In this document: positions 39,138 to 53,757 of the stretch, one piece after another | How the letters are laid out: each line of letters opens with the position of its first letter | How positions within the stretch are numbered: the first letter of the stretch is position 1 | DNA from: Bispira polyomma | Taxonomy: Eukaryota | DNA: 64,000 bases | NCBI GenBank assembly: GCA_965649765.1 | Contig: OZ287755.1 | Location: 31,620,001-31,684,000, forward strand | Reading direction: 5' to 3' | The notes under the pieces: model-generated | The model's database searches: none | What the model was told of the DNA's origin: nothing | Seen by the model: only the letters and a program-made list of their open reading frames with translations | Program-made: the position numbers and the translations under genes

Positions 39138-40940
39138 ATGTTTGCTGCTATCTTGCTTTTGTTTCTTTGTGTCGGATTTCATGCCCTAGGTAAGTACCAA
39201 CGATCATGTGACTTAATATTTATTTATTTTTTGTGTAAATTTAATTAACCTCCTCGACAGACCTAAGATTCAAACCACTAATGTCCTCAAAAAAATACTA
39301 TTGTTACAAACTGATTAAACAAAAGAACTATGTAAACACGCTATTGCCTACTGATGATTTGTTATAGGACTACTTCTTTTGGAGAATTATGTCAATAGGG
39401 GTGCTATATAAAATGTCCAATAATAGGTACTTCCCCAAATATATGCAGTAATTTGTATTCTCTACGATATTCACTTGGAGTTTAGTTCCGCTACTACAAA
39501 TTATTTCAGTTGAAAGATTAGTATTTACATAGATTCATTTTTCTTAAATATTTGTCTCAATCAATGTGATTACTAGAAAATATTTAATTTAATTGACTGA
39601 ATAGGGCACCAGATTTAACTTTTTAATTGGAATTAGGTTTACACAGTCAAAACTTCTTGGCGACAAACAACCTAGTCAAAAAGTTTAATTATGCAGTATA
39701 TATGGGTATGAAATACTTTACGTTAATAAGTTCAAAATCTTTAAATATAGCAGTAGTCGTGCTTCACAATATCTTGTATGTCAATGGAATGTCAACACTG
39801 TTGTGGGAACTCTGCAGTAATTAAATATTATACTTTTTAACATTCCTATTTTTTGGTAATCTATATATATATGTAATGTTTATATCTGTTTTCTTGTTAT
39901 TGTCTTCTTTTTGTCTGTGATAATTTTACTGTATTAAAACTGTGATTTTTGCAATTAATTCAATTTAATATTATATCAGAAAAATATTAACAAAAATTAC
40001 AAATATATTGTTAACTGAAATAATGCTATAAATGAAGTAACAATAAACAGTACCTAAAATACATGAATAAATTTACATTATTCACTGAGTTGTAGTGGTT
40101 GTCACTGATAAGATAAGGTTTGACCAGAGTGAGATTAAGTTTTATCCAATGGTGGACACTTTTTCATTGACATATATATATCATCATGTCTTATATATTT
40201 TTTTGTCAGTAATAAAATCTGGCATGTGTCCGAAAATTCAACCTGGAGAAGTTGGTATCTGTGCTTTTCTCTGTTCTTCTGGCTGTGGGGGTGGCAGGAT
40301 ATGTTGTCCTACTGCTTGTGGAGGCACCACATGTACAGGTAATAATGTATCTGACATGACTTAGATGACTATAAGTCACACTTCTGCTATTAAAATAGGG
40401 GTACATATAGGTTAAACAACAAGTATTATGGGCATCTGCCACCAGTGGACCAAATGAATATTTAGGTTTTCCGATAGACACTGGACTGCCAAACAATTTA
40501 CATTACTTGCATACCAGCCCTTTAACCTTTGTTACAAACGAAGAACCATATTCAAGGCTGTAGTTACCCAACAGCCATTCTACCTCCCTTCCCTTCTCTC
40601 TTTTCAGTAACCTAATCTATTACATTAATTTGGAGTAACCCTAGAAATAGCATTGGTAAGTATTTCGGTAATATATGATAACATTAATTTTATTAATGTT
40701 AATATGTACCACTGTAGAATTATATTTTTATACTTAATTTCAGCCCCAGTTTTTTTGTGTGAAGATAATCCTAAATGGGTTTCTAAGAAGCTGACAAGGA
40801 AAAACAAGTGTAAGCCCTACAAGTGTAGCTGTGAAAGGATACTGGAAAAGGGTAAACGTCAAATGAAGAGGGTCTGTAAAAGAGATACCAATGGTGCGAG
40901 GAAACACTGCTGCAAAACCTGCAGAAATCTAGGATTTTAA
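39138..40940 (+). CDS. secreted WAP-domain + cationic PLAC-like protein, copy A; exons 39138-39189, 40210-40338, 40744-40940 (125 aa)
   Basis: Signal peptide MFAAILLLFLCVGFHAL; 8-Cys WAP KSGMCP..C..C..C..CCPTACGGTTC; terminal exon CED..CCKTC; all GT-AG introns phase 1 and in frame. Confidence 0.85.
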
Positions 40941-43369
40941 ACTATGTCTGTGAACATTTTTCAGCTCTATTTTTTTTAGCTCTAAAGCTTCAAGTTACTA
41001 ATCATCAACTGAAAAGCAAGCCTTTTCTTTAGGAAGAGATTCAAAATGGTTTCTTAATCTTGGTAAATTAAGCTGCTTTTGCAGATCTATAGTATCTATA
41101 CCTGCCCAGTAGCTATTTCAGTTATCACAACCCAAAGATCACCACAATAATGTTATTTTAAATTCAAATACATATGTTTTTTTCTTTTTCTGTATTATAA
41201 ATGACGGGGAACATAAATGATATCAAAATATTATGTATCCATCTGGTTTGGGAGTTGATCTCACACAAATGTCTATCTTCTTACTCAAAAGAGTGAAACT
41301 ATGTTATAAGAGGGACATCCTATTTAATATTCCTCCATGGACAATAAACACCTGCACATCATTTGTATTCATATGTATGTACTCAATGTAGTATCTCCTG
41401 ACTTCTAGTGGCTAAGATGATCAGAAGGTCCCTCGGTTGGACTCCCTTTAATGCTATCATGGTTAATACAGTATAACTTCCTTGGGTAAGATGTAAAGAT
41501 ACCATTGCCAACTATTGATGACCATAATGCTATATTTTAAGAATATTCCTTCTCACAGAACAAGCGCCTTATAGGATGCTATCATTAATTTATTGCTATA
41601 TAAACGCTTAACAAATAAAATAATGTGACACCAATAACTAACTTTTCATTAATTGAAGACAAAAGGACAACAATTTGGGATTTATACTCTGTTTGGACAT
41701 TGAATATACTGGCATATTTGAAGTCCAATAGTCTGATTGAAGTCTATGACTAAAATTACAAATTCATAAAATTACATTTACAGGAATACACGGAAATTAT
41801 GTTTAATAGAAAAATATGTCAGGTATGCGTTCAGTGTCTTGCAGAAAAACTTTTCAAAAGACACATGATCAAAATGTCATTGTCTAGAAGACACTTATGG
41901 GTATAGACTTTCTATTTCTGGGGGAAACTGTAAAACCAAAGAGAGACACAAAACTTCAGTATATAAGTGTGTCCTTTTCATAGTGTGCCACCACAGGCCT
42001 ACAAAGCAATATAAAAGATGTATGGATGGAGAAAAACAATGAAACATTCATCTATAAATATAACTGTGCTTTGGAAGTGGTTTTGGAAGATTTTAAGTCT
42101 CTTCATTTGCAGAGTTGTAAAATTGGACATGTTGTCAGTGCTTTAAACTTCAGTTTTACAGGCGTTAAGTGAGACAACATGAGACCCTCCTGGTAATTGC
42201 TCCCGGTGCGACAAAGAAGCAGCAGCATACAGGTGTTGTTGGGGATAGGCATGATATCTATATATACCCACCATTGGGAAATCTAAATGTTGGGTCAAAC
42301 TGTCTTATTAGGGTTTTAGGCAGCCTAGACAGTTCACTGGTGCTCCCGCATTTCTCAAACTTACTTTAAAATAGTTTCTTTATGTAGGCTAGTTCTAGCT
42401 GGCATTTGCATGTTTCATGGCAACAGCTAGACTTGCTTACAAGTCTTTACTGTTGGTGAAGCACTGTATGACTGCATTTTAAACAGTTCCTATTCTATTC
42501 AAAAGGTGTCATCACTATTGTTTTTGTAACTGCCAGCTTCTTTATTTTATCCCAAATGTAAATCCACACAGAGATATAGAGTAAAAGTCATAATGCCCTC
42601 ATTGAAGGACATTGCACAAGGTCTAGGCGACAGCATTTGTATTTGATGTAGTTTATCACAGCTTTAAACTGCATATTTAATTTAATTGCATTTGCCAGAA
42701 TGTCGATGCTGGTTGGAAGTTTTGGCCCACAGCCACAGGGGTGATTTGACATGGGGTGATTTGATGATTTGATGATGCATGTTAAATTTATTGCCTTCTA
42801 GGACTCTATTAACGTAATTATGTCCTGTTCTACTTAGCCGATTAATCAGGGCTAGCCCCTGATAAATGCTATCAGGCAGCATTTGTCCCAGATTTTTGAA
42901 GAAAAGCATGGGAAAATCGGCGTCATGCAATTATAATTGTGAAGACTCTTGAGTGGGACAATAAGTCGAGTGGGCTACCGATTGATCTAAACAATCGACC
43001 CGATTTGTCCTCCTGTTACACAAATGGCTGCCCTGACCTCCCCAATCCAGAACAATAAGACAGTAGTACTGCTTATGATCATAAAGGTAACTCAGGGAGG
43101 CAGCCCAATCCACTCGTAAATTGTCATGTACGAACCCTATATATTGGTTGCTTATCTCAAATTCAGACAGATTTAATTGTCAAGATGGTTCTACAAAGTG
43201 TAATAAAGATTATGAGGGCAATTCAAGTTTCAATTGCTTCAATGCGACTGCAAGTGATAGGTATTTTTACATCTTCAAACAGTAGAAATGTTAAGAAGAG
43301 AGACAGACACAGAGAATACAGGTCAAGGGAAAGTCATCACACGAGGAAGGGCCAGACGTCAATTCTGGG

Positions 43370-44140
43370 TGAAGCCATAGCTGACTTCCTATGGATTTGG
43401 CCACTGGGGAGTCCTACAGTTCTCTACATTACTCCTTTGCAGTGAGGAAGTCCACCATAACCAAGTAACCATAGGTAGAAAACACATTGCAATTAAATGC
43501 CCAAGGAAAGGGGGAGTGAATACTTCAATTAAAAGGGGTTCCACTCGATTGTAATACTGGCTTTGGTTGACGTGGAATACAAATTCCTCTGGGTAGACCT
43601 TGAATCCAGTGGTTCTAGCCACAATCAATCAATCTGAACTGAAACAGAGGATAGAAGTTCACTCAATCAACTCCCCCTCCTGAAGCCATAAGCCCTTTTA
43701 GGCCCCCCATTCCCTACTTTATCCTGGGTGACGAAGCATTTGCCCTAAAGCCCTGGCTGATGAATCCCTTCTCCAGACAAGGGATGGATCCTCATGAGTG
43801 CATTAATAATTACAGAATTTCCAGGGGTAGAAGGGTCGTGGAGAATTCATGTGAAATTCTAGTTCAGGGGTTTCTTTTCTGTTGCTGTCAACAATGCAAC
43901 CACCAGTGGTAGCCACTTTCAGAATAATCTGTGTGGTCTTGCACAATATTTTGATGACGGCCACCATCAACCAGGAAATACCCTACACAAACAGCGAAGA
44001 GGACCCAACCATCCCATAGGAGGCACTGGAAGGAGACCACCAACCCTCTGATCACAGATATCCAAGCAAGGCAGTGACAGAGCAGAGTGAGGTACTGATG
44101 GGGTACTTTCTCAATGAGGGGGCAGTGCCATGGCAGAACG
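43370..44140 (+). pseudogene. PIF/Harbinger (HARBI1-like) DDE transposase relic
   Basis: [62 protein letters not shown]. Confidence 0.88.
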
Positions 44141-44289
44141 TCAGAATATGAAGCTGAGCTAAAAGAAGAACTAATGGGCCCTTTCAGGGCCACCATAATG
44201 TTCCAAAAACATTATCCAACCTGTTTGGTAAATGAAAAAAAAACCTGACTACAAGAAGCAAAATGGCCCCACAACATACATTGCCTCAC

Positions 44290-44560
44290 GTGCCTGAAGG
44301 CCTGGAGATTGCACCCTTGGACAAGGTGGTTCACACAAAATTGTCCCTCTCTACCCAGGTGCATAAATGGGTACCTGGCTGCTAATGGGCATTAGTCTGA
44401 AGCGCCGCATGGCAGCTCGGCTAGCATGCTCCCTTAGGGAGCTGAGACTGTAAAATGGTTGACAAGTTGAAAAACCCAGGCTGGGGTAATAATGCCATAA
44501 GCACATTAGATAACAGTGATGTTGATAATGCACTATATCAAATGAATTATAATAATTATT
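44290..44560 (+). mobile_element. SINE family 2, headless copy at the paralogous position upstream of WAP copy B
   Basis: Colinear with 38475-38745. Confidence 0.7.
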
Positions 44561-44900
44561 TTATTACAAGATTGACATGAAAATAAAACAGATATTGTAT
44601 TTTGAATTTTTAATGTTTCATATTGATGTGAGACATCTTATATAGCTCTAATATTTGTATTCATAAAAGTTTGACTAGAAACATTAATTTTATTGGCACA
44701 CACAATGCTACAGCATTAACAGCTTGCTTAAGATAGAGATGTTCTTTTAAAATTCAATTCTAAGAAGAATTTTACAAAACTGCAAGAGCAGAGATATATG
44801 GTTCTTTTAATTATTTTTTACCTGGTTTGATTATTGTGTTCTAAAGCAGTAGACTCCTCAAGCAGTCTACAGCTTAGATGTTAAACACATTCCAGGCAAT

Positions 44901-45720
44901 ATGGTTGCTGCTGTCTTGCTCTTGTTTCTTTGTGTCGGATTTCATGTCCAAGGTAAGAACCAACAATCATGTGACATAATATAATATTTTTTTTTTACAT
45001 GCATTTAATTAACTTATTCCACAGAGCCAAGATTCAAATCAATGATGGGCTGAAAATAATATTATTGTTGGAAACTGATAAAACGAAATAACTTCTTTTA
45101 GAAAATTATGTCAATAGGAATGCTATATAAAATGCTCAATAATAGGGACTTCCCCAAATATTTGCCATAACTCTGCAGTAATTAATGATTGTACTTTTCA
45201 ACATTTCTATTTTTTAGTAGTCTATATTTGTATGTAATATTGATACCTGTTTTCTTGTTAATATCTTATTTTTGTCTGTGATAGTTTTACTGTATCAAAA
45301 ATTGTCAACCTGGCCTGTGACTTCAATTTCAATTCAATTTAATATTATATCAGAAAAATATTAACAACAATTACAAATATATTGTTGACTGAAATAATGC
45401 TATAAATTAGGTAACAATAAACGGTACCTAAAATACTTCTAATTAAAAATAAATTTCCATTATTCACTAAGTTGTAGTGGTCGTCATTGGTGAGGTCAGG
45501 ATTGACCAGAGTGTGATTAAGTTTTTTTTCTAATGATGAACCCTTTTTCATTTATACATCATCATGTCTCATATTTCTTTGTCAGTAATAAAAGCTGGAT
45601 GTCCAGAAATCATATCTGAAGACTGTGCTGCTGCTCTTGCTTTTCTCTGTTCTGATGACCAGAGCTGTGAGGGTGACATGAAATGTTGTCCTGATGGGTG
45701 TGGAGGCACCGTATGTACAG
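44901..45720 (+). CDS. WAP gene copy B: signal exon 44901-44952, WAP exon 45586-45720; no adjacent terminal exon found
   Basis: MVAAVLLLFLCVGFHVQ + VIKAGCPEIISEDCAAALAFLCSDDQSCEGDMKCCPDGCGGTVCT; intact phase-1 splice sites. Confidence 0.8.
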
Positions 45721-47843
45721 GTAAGAATGTATGTAACAGTTAAAAAAAAATCACCTAGATGACTATAAGTCACACTTCAGCTAATGAAATCCAGGTAGGT
45801 TCTAGAGCATGTATTGTGAGCATCTGATAGACACTAAATTCCCCGATAAATTGCATTAAATTGTACTCTTGCACATTTGATTATGTATAACATGTCAACC
45901 TCTGACATATGAACATATACTAATATATAAGGACCATGGTTAAATCATCAAGAACAAACTCGACATCAGTCTAACCAACTCGGCACCAATTCTATTTAAA
46001 AAAAATCATTACCACTGATGTTTAATTAACTTACACCAATAATTAAATGTAGTGAATTTAAATAATTCGATCAATTGTATAAAAAAACTAGAAATGTAGC
46101 TAAACTATTTCATAAAATATACACAACTTTATGAAATGATTGCTAGATGCATTGAGTGTAAGCCACAACGCAAGTTTTTTATATAACTTGTTTAAGGTGT
46201 TTTTCAAATAGCTTTAATCATGTAAGTCTAGACTATACAACTAAATATCAAAATTAGGGTACAATTGATCACTATAAACTTGTTTCCATTGACATGTTTT
46301 CAAAAACTGAACTTCTACAGTATCAGAGGTTTCATAGAATGCCCAGCATGACAGTATATCTGCATACACATTTGTTATACCCGTAATATGTTTTATAGTA
46401 ATTTCAATATTGAATTTTGCTGCATATAGCCTCACAGTACATGCTCAAGCCATTAGCCAGACGTCTTTTATTCTACTATTTTTAAAGGCTTGTACTACGG
46501 CCCAATTGTCACACCAAATACATAACTTTTTATTTCTGAGTTGTTTTGGCCAGACTCTGACGGCCAAGGCCACATTTGCAGCTTCTAGGTGAACTATGTT
46601 TTATGTCTTTTATACTAGGGGGTAATGTCTATGGAATACACCTGATTGTTAAAAATAGCCCCCACTTGATTTATTGACGCATCAACATACATATCACACT
46701 TTTCTATTTCATCAGTGGGAATTACTATAACCTCATCAAATTGTTCTAGAAAGGCATTGAACCATGCAATATCTTTATAAAATATAGAGGATAGCATAAC
46801 TTTCCCTGACATAGGGGTGACCCTGAGTACTTGGAGAATTCTATTGCAAAACAGTCTAGAGGACTTTACACATCTATGTATGTGCAACAATTTGCCTGTG
46901 AGCTTTTGTAAATCCTTCCTAGAAGCATGAGTTATGGTTTTCCACTGGTGACACAATTTTTTAATTTTTTTGCAACTTATCTGCATGAAGTTTTAGAGTA
47001 CCCAATTTAGCATTGATTTCAATACCTAAACATGTTATTTAATGACACGAACTTTCAACCTTTTTCTTGTTAATTAGTAGCCCAAGAGCATTGAGTAAAT
47101 TTGTGAGGGTCATATAATGATTATTTGCCACATCCGGTGTAGAAAAGCCAACAAAATCATCTAAATACGACATAACCCACGTCTAAATAACGGCACAAGC
47201 ATGTTTTTACCTATAAAAGTACTAGCCATATTGGTTCAATTTGGACCAGTACGTTTTTCCTAAATAATAAAATTGTTTATCATGCTCACTATCGAGCCTA
47301 CTGCCTTCAATGTTTTCACAATTAACATAATTCTTGGGAAAGAATGGAGCAGCTATTAGATAAATGCGTCTCCTAAACAAGTAAAGAGGAATTCATTTGT
47401 ACCTCAGTATACACTGAATAGTTTCTGACATTACTGCTCTCTTTTTTGTTTTCAACGATAGCTATAATTCTATAACTTTTAAACACGCTGCTCTTTTTCT
47501 TTGTCTCCATTTTTACTTTTTAACTCTAAAACACTGCTTACTGAGTGGTCATACTTTTTACTAGTTTTTTCCCAACAGTGTGTATAGTAATGTTCATACA
47601 AAATATTGCCACTGACATGGTCACCTTTGTTCTTACATGTACCTTTGCTAAAATGGTGGCATACAGAAGTTTTCCGATCAGAGCCATGAGCTTTTTGGCC
47701 AGTTTGGACTATCCCTTAGGCATTCCTATGTCTAATTGTTTCAATAGCATCTTTTTGCCCAATTACACACTCCCCTTTCTAAACTTACTGTAATACTGCT
47801 GCATGACCTCTACGTGCAGCAGCTGGACTTATTTCAATTGCAT

Positions 47844-48098
47844 TTTTTTTTTTTTAATTTGGATATTTAACGTCCACTCTAGTACCTGTTTAGGTTATAT
47901 TGGGACAGGTAGTTGGAAACGCTAGAGGAAACACTGCATACACTTGATGAAGGTTCTGCACTGAAACCACAGCCCACAGTAAGCAACTACCATCTTTTCC
48001 ACATAGGCATCGATGGGATTCGAACTCACGCCACCCAGAGGTGAGAGACCTGTGATTGTGAAGCGCAATGCTTGCTAACCACTGGGCCACCACAGCCC
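47844..48098 (-). mobile_element. SINE family 1 inserted in gag of E5
   Basis: Full head and A tail; TSD CAATTGCA(T) at 47835 and 48099. Confidence 0.9.
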
Positions 48099-48869
48099 CA
48101 ATTGCATCTTGTAATACACTAGTTATATGTCCTATCATGTTTTCTCAAATACGGGGATCTTGTTCATCTAGTGCGCAGTACAGCATACCTTGAAACCATT
48201 AACAATCTGACATGTCATACATAGGTTGTTTACCACCTACAGGGACAGTACCAAAAACCTTGGGGTCAATTAGTGGGGATTTTAACTTTGTTTACTCCTG
48301 CCCTATATCTACCAGATTTAAGTACATGAGCGGTTTTACCTTGTCCATCGGACCGTAATGTGTTGTCGTACTCTCTTGGTCTGATGTGACTTCAGCTTGG
48401 ACTTTAGAATCTGATTTCAAGGCCTCAAAGGATGGTAGTTTGACTGCCGCCCACTCGTCAGATGTCTTTTTCTTGGCTTTAGGAGAGTTGTGTGCAGAAG
48501 ATACCAGCAATAAGTTTGATATAGCGATGGCACTTTCAAGTTCGTTCAACGTTTCCTCCATACTCTCCATTCTTACCATCATAACATCAAGCTTCTGGAT
48601 AAGGGCTGATTTTTTCTTTTTCACAGGAGTAACTTTTTCCACCACATTGTCTGTTTTACTATTTACTATACTGTCATTATCTGTAGACTTTTTGGCTTTT
48701 TTACCCATATACTACAAAATAGTATATGCCCCCAGATTTCTGCTGTTTCCAAAAGGTTTATTTTTTGGACACAGCAGAGGAAAAAGCTTCCTGTCGACTT
48801 CAAAACACAATTCAACAAGAGGGCAGTGGTCGCTGAAGCGGCCACAAATCTCGGATACGTGTGTGTATG

Positions 48870-49240
48870 TGCCGACCTGTCTACCTAAAAGTAAAATAAA
48901 CCAATATTATCGGTCTGTCACCCTATAAGTTACAAAAATAATATATATATCTATCGACCTGTCTTCCTATAACCTAAAAGACAATTCTCTATCTGTTGAC
49001 CCATTTACCAATATAGACCTGTCTATCTAAAAGTAATTTAAAAAAATTATCTGTCGCAAAAATGTTATCTGTCAATCTGTCGACTTGTCTATATAAAAGT
49101 AACATTTAAAAACATTATCTGTCAACTTATAACTTAAAAAAAAAAATTGTCCGTCGACCTTACAACTAATAACTTAAAAAAAATTATTATCTGTCTTCCT
49201 ATCGATTTGTTAACCTGTCTAATTAAAAGTCAAATTGAAA
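48870..49240. repeat. imperfect tandem repeats upstream of E5 gag
   Basis: Recurrent CGACCTGTCTA..TAAAAGTAA..TTATCTGTC units. Confidence 0.7.
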
Positions 49241-51810
49241 AACATTGCCCAACTTGTTTATACAAAACATCTCATATTTTTCTCACAGCTTTTACTTCAT
49301 AAAATATTACATTACCCTAATTAAACAGTATTTTTACAAACACCATTTTATTTCGTATTTTGACAACTTTATTATATATATGTAATATGTGTATAAGTGC
49401 AATATTTTGGTCACATTATTTCACAGATCCCCCGAGCTGCAAATTTTACAAAAGTTCAATGGAAATGTCATCCTTTAGCAACAAATTAAATATTATTACA
49501 AAGAAAAAATATTTTTGCATCTTCTGTCAAAATGTGAGGCCATTATTTAGATTAATAAAAGCAAGTGCATAGTATCAATCACTACAGTATTTTCACTATA
49601 AACTGTTTAATATCGCTCACTTCCCGGTAGCGTTTTAGACGAAACCTCATCTCGTGTGTTAACTAAAACATATTCTAGTGAGGGAGGTAATTTTGTAAGC
49701 CGATTACCCAAACAAAACGCTTCAAATATGATGAGAATGCAGGCGAAAATAGGAGTTTGCAGACTTTGCCTCGACTCGCGTGCTAATAAAATATATTCTA
49801 GTGAGATAGGAAGTTTTGAAAGCCGAGTGCCCAACCAAAATGCCCCGAAAGTGATGAGAGCTTAAGCGATTTGCAAGCCGCTTGTGTCAAATTTAATATG
49901 GGATGTATACAAAAAGTGATGACGTCAACACAAAAATGGCGAGAAATGCTAGTACCGAGTATCTGAAATACTTAAAAATAAAAAAAAGACTGTAGTGTGG
50001 TGCCGTCTAGCCGTCGAAACCAAAGTTAAAAGGCGTGCGTTCTCACAATTTAGAATCAAAATTAGAAGAAATAGAGTTTCCCGTCAGTATGGGTGTATAT
50101 ATATCGTCTATATATCCCTAACTCTTGTCTTTGTCACATATTTATATATATACCTATTGCAACCTACGAATCTGACTGGCCCCCCGAAAAATGGACATAA
50201 CAAAATATGCGGTAATTGGGGAGGGCAAAGGTTAAATCTTTTTTTACAAACAAAATAAAAAAATAAATAGATATATCAAGGCTTCTGACTCGTCCTTAGT
50301 ACCAATCACATATAACTGCCAAAAAACGGTCTAAAATAATGGACGAAACTGGTAGAAAGTGCTGTCTACAGACCAAAAATATTTTCTTAATACATCTCGG
50401 AGATAATAAATAGAAATTTTGACTAGAAGTCGGCAGTAAGCTTTAACTTTGAAGACACGTGAGGCAGCAATTTCTGATAACAGATTTCTTTTGGCAAGAA
50501 CCCCTGCTTTTATAGACATCCCAGTTATTTTTCCTCAAAGCCATGTGGCTGAGCTCACCCAATTCAGAATCATTTTCCCTTGAGTTCTTTTTATTCAGGT
50601 TAAAAAAAAACAACAGAAATATCACATGCCTCTAGCAATTACTCTGCCCACAAACAGTTCACCCAATTTTTCCAAAGTTTCAATTATTGACCTTCGCCCA
50701 GTATAAACTGGTGATCAACAGGTGATTCTATTCTTGGTTAGACACTTAACCCTTTCACTGCCATATACTATATATACAACCTTGTGCTTTTTCTACACAT
50801 CTCTCAACTGGTAATATGTAACATGTACCCTGCAACTAAAAGTGTGTGCTACTTTACTTCCATATACAACCATCATTGTAGAAAATCTGCTGAAAGGAAG
50901 CAGATCATATAGTGACCAAAATATTCGTCCTTTGTCGATAAGGCTAACAGTGCAAACGAGAAGAATGAATTCATTTTGCATTTTATGTTCGTTTTCTGAT
51001 TTTTTTTCAATTGACAAAATCTAAATGCTCATTTTTACAATAACTGTTGTCCTATTATTTCCACTGAGGTGTTGTAACTACTTGTTATCAGATCAGCAAT
51101 CAAGGTGCTACTGATGGATTATGACACCTTTCTTGGGCCATTTTCATTCACTCAGCAGGACTAGGGACCAATGATGGTATTCGATAAAATGATCTACTCA
51201 AACTGAAATGTCTGCCAGAATGTTATATCCGTTTTGTAAACTGAGTTAAGACTTACACATGTTCTATAAAACTAAAATATGTTAAAAATAACTTTATTTC
51301 ACATAAATGAGACTAAATTAGACTTAAATTAGACTCTTTTCTTGAGATTAGTCATATTCTACAAATGGAATATTTATTACTTGCATAAAAAGGCGACAAT
51401 GGTTACATGTTGTTACTGCATCAGTTTCACAAATGTATCCATAATTCGTTTGTATAGATTGATATATTTATCCCATATCCTAATTTTTAAATTACTGTTG
51501 GTATATCTAAATAGATACATTTCAATACATAACTGGTATTTTGTATCACACATGGAATAGAATAAACTTCTAGGCTTGAACCAAATATTAAATCCAATAA
51601 GACCGATAGCCTGCTGACATATACATGCCTTGAGAGGATGTAGAAAGTAATATATGAGGATATAAGTCATTTTGTGATGAACTAAAAGTATCCTGTAGAT
51701 TTAATTGAAGTAACAATGAAATTATTTGTTATCTATAGCAAAATATTTACTCAGATCTCGGCATCATCTCAGATAAACACATCGGCTTAAGTCTACATTT
51801 CTGTATCAAT

Positions 51811-53021
51811 TGTGCACACAAGCAGGGGTGACAAGCAGTACAAAATATGTCAACAAAGAAATAGGAGAGACGTTTCCATAGCCACGACAAGTGGCATATT
51901 GTAAAACATTGAGAACAGACTAACTGTTGCTGCTTCCACTTGCCAGTTGTATATAAAGCACAGATATTTTTTTAACTAATACAAGATTATTTGTGATTAA
52001 CTTGTTTGTATTACTGTACATATTAAAATAGTAAAAATACCTTAAATTGGCTGAGAAATAAGAAATTTATGGTGTGCAGAATAAAATGAAATACTTGGTA
52101 TGCCCTGTCTCTCACGTAAATATAATCGCAAGCCACTGCTGTCTGCCGCTACCACTTTCTTGGCCCCAGGAAGTGTAGCCTAAAGGCCCCTGGCTGTTTC
52201 CAATATTTGCTGATGCCCTCAATTTCATAACATGTCCCAGTCATACAGGATATTACCTCTAATTTGGTATAGTCCATTCTTTTAAATCTCGTCCCTAAGC
52301 ATACAGGACATACCGGACATTACCTCTAATTTGGTACAGTCCAGTCTTTTTAATCTCTTCCCTGAGCATCACGTTTAGGGAGCAAGGGTAGAATAAGATC
52401 GCTGAAAAGCTGAAACCAGCTCTGCCAGGCAATAGGAGCCATAGGACTTAGGTTCTAATTAGGCAGATAACTTGCTTGCTGGATAAAAGTACCCCAATTG
52501 TCGAGTAATGATACTTGAAATAAAGGAATAATTATGAATGTTAATGTAAAAGAAGGCACGAGGCCTGTAGCTGGTTATGGTCGACATAACGTTATTTAAC
52601 TCCGTAAGAATTATAATGGTTCTTTCAGTATCTGGTATTTTAAAACTATATATGAATACATTGAATGGGTAGAAAAAAGGCTGAGAGTTGTTAGTTCTAA
52701 AGATATATTGTTAATGCTGTATTTGGCATATGTTCAGTGGTGGTTGTAACTACTATCCACTGTTAATACTTTTATTTGTACTGATTAATCCTGGTGTGGT
52801 GTTAGATGTTTATGAGTGTCACTCATGTTGGGTATTTTTAATTTCTACCTAAAATTTTGTACATATACTAACTACTATGTATATAAAAATAAACCTCAAA
52901 CAACTATTACATTGGCATTTGACTTTGAGGTGACCTCCTTTGCACAACCTTAAGGTCAATTTTGCTTCACCAACTTCAAACTTATTGACTTCTGACCTTC
53001 ATTTTGCAAACGGGAGAACTG
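51811..53021 (+). mobile_element. putative ORF-less derivative of a YR retrotransposon (A-spacer-B like)
   Basis: Lies between two host duplicated blocks; has TATATAAA, a GC-richer hairpin region, AATAAA, GAGGTGACCT and a GGGAGAACTG end. Confidence 0.45.
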
Positions 53022-53757
53022 ATAAAACATACATTGTATTTTGCATTTTAATGCTCCATATTGATGTGAGACATATTCTAAAGCTCTAATATGTGTATTC
53101 ATAAAAGTTTGACTTGAAACATTAATTATATTGGCACAAACAATGATACAGTATTAACAGCTTGCTTAAAATAGAGATGTTCTTTTAAAATTCAATTCTA
53201 AGAAAGTTTTTAAAATACACTGCAAATGCAGATAAATATAATTGTTTTTTGATCTGGTTTGATTAATGTTTTTTGTAAAGCAGTAGACTTCTCAAGCAGT
53301 TTATAGCTTAGTGATTTGTTGTAAGGCTATTCCCTTTTGAGAAGTATATCCATAGGGGTGCTGCATAAAATGTTTAATAATGGCAGAAAACATTTTTTCA
53401 AATAATTTGATCGACTGAATATGCCCCCAAATTTAACTGTTTAATTAAAATTACGTTTACACAGTCAAAACTTCTTAGCAAGAAACAACCGAGTCAAAAT
53501 GTTCAAATAAGCAGTATATATGGGTATAAAATACTTTATTTCAACAGGTTTAAATGCTTCAAATATAACATTAGTCGTGCTTTACAATACAGTTCCTAAG
53601 TGAGTGCAGGGTGACCTTGAGGTAAGTAGTAGGTCAAGTGTGAACACTATTCTTGTTTGGAGAAATTTTATTCTATACAGGTTAGTTCTATGTACAGGAG
53701 GTAAAAGAGTAGTTTAAAATTTAACTGGTAAAATTTTAAAATATACCCAAACCCAAA

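Larger units (their letters stand above)
46241..49250 (-). mobile_element. YR-retrotransposon E5, heavily deleted (gag, RT end, RNaseH; YR absent)
   Basis: SYLDDFVG near 47160, YVDAS, CDNWAVV, HITGITNVYADILS; gag fragments QGK..KSGRYR. 5' region may extend to ~50340. Confidence 0.8.

Noticed and set aside
40744-40940. ShKT domain call for the terminal exon
   Set aside because: Ends CCKTC without the final CxxC of ShKT (CxxTCxxC); a PLAC-like pattern fits better, though still unverified.
5663-48098. tRNA genes
   Set aside because: The A/B boxes belong to SINE heads with shared body, tails and TSDs; no cloverleaf.
13607-49240. CRISPR-like arrays (13.6 kb and 48.9 kb repeats)
   Set aside because: Tandem units without unique spacers of regular length; no cas genes.
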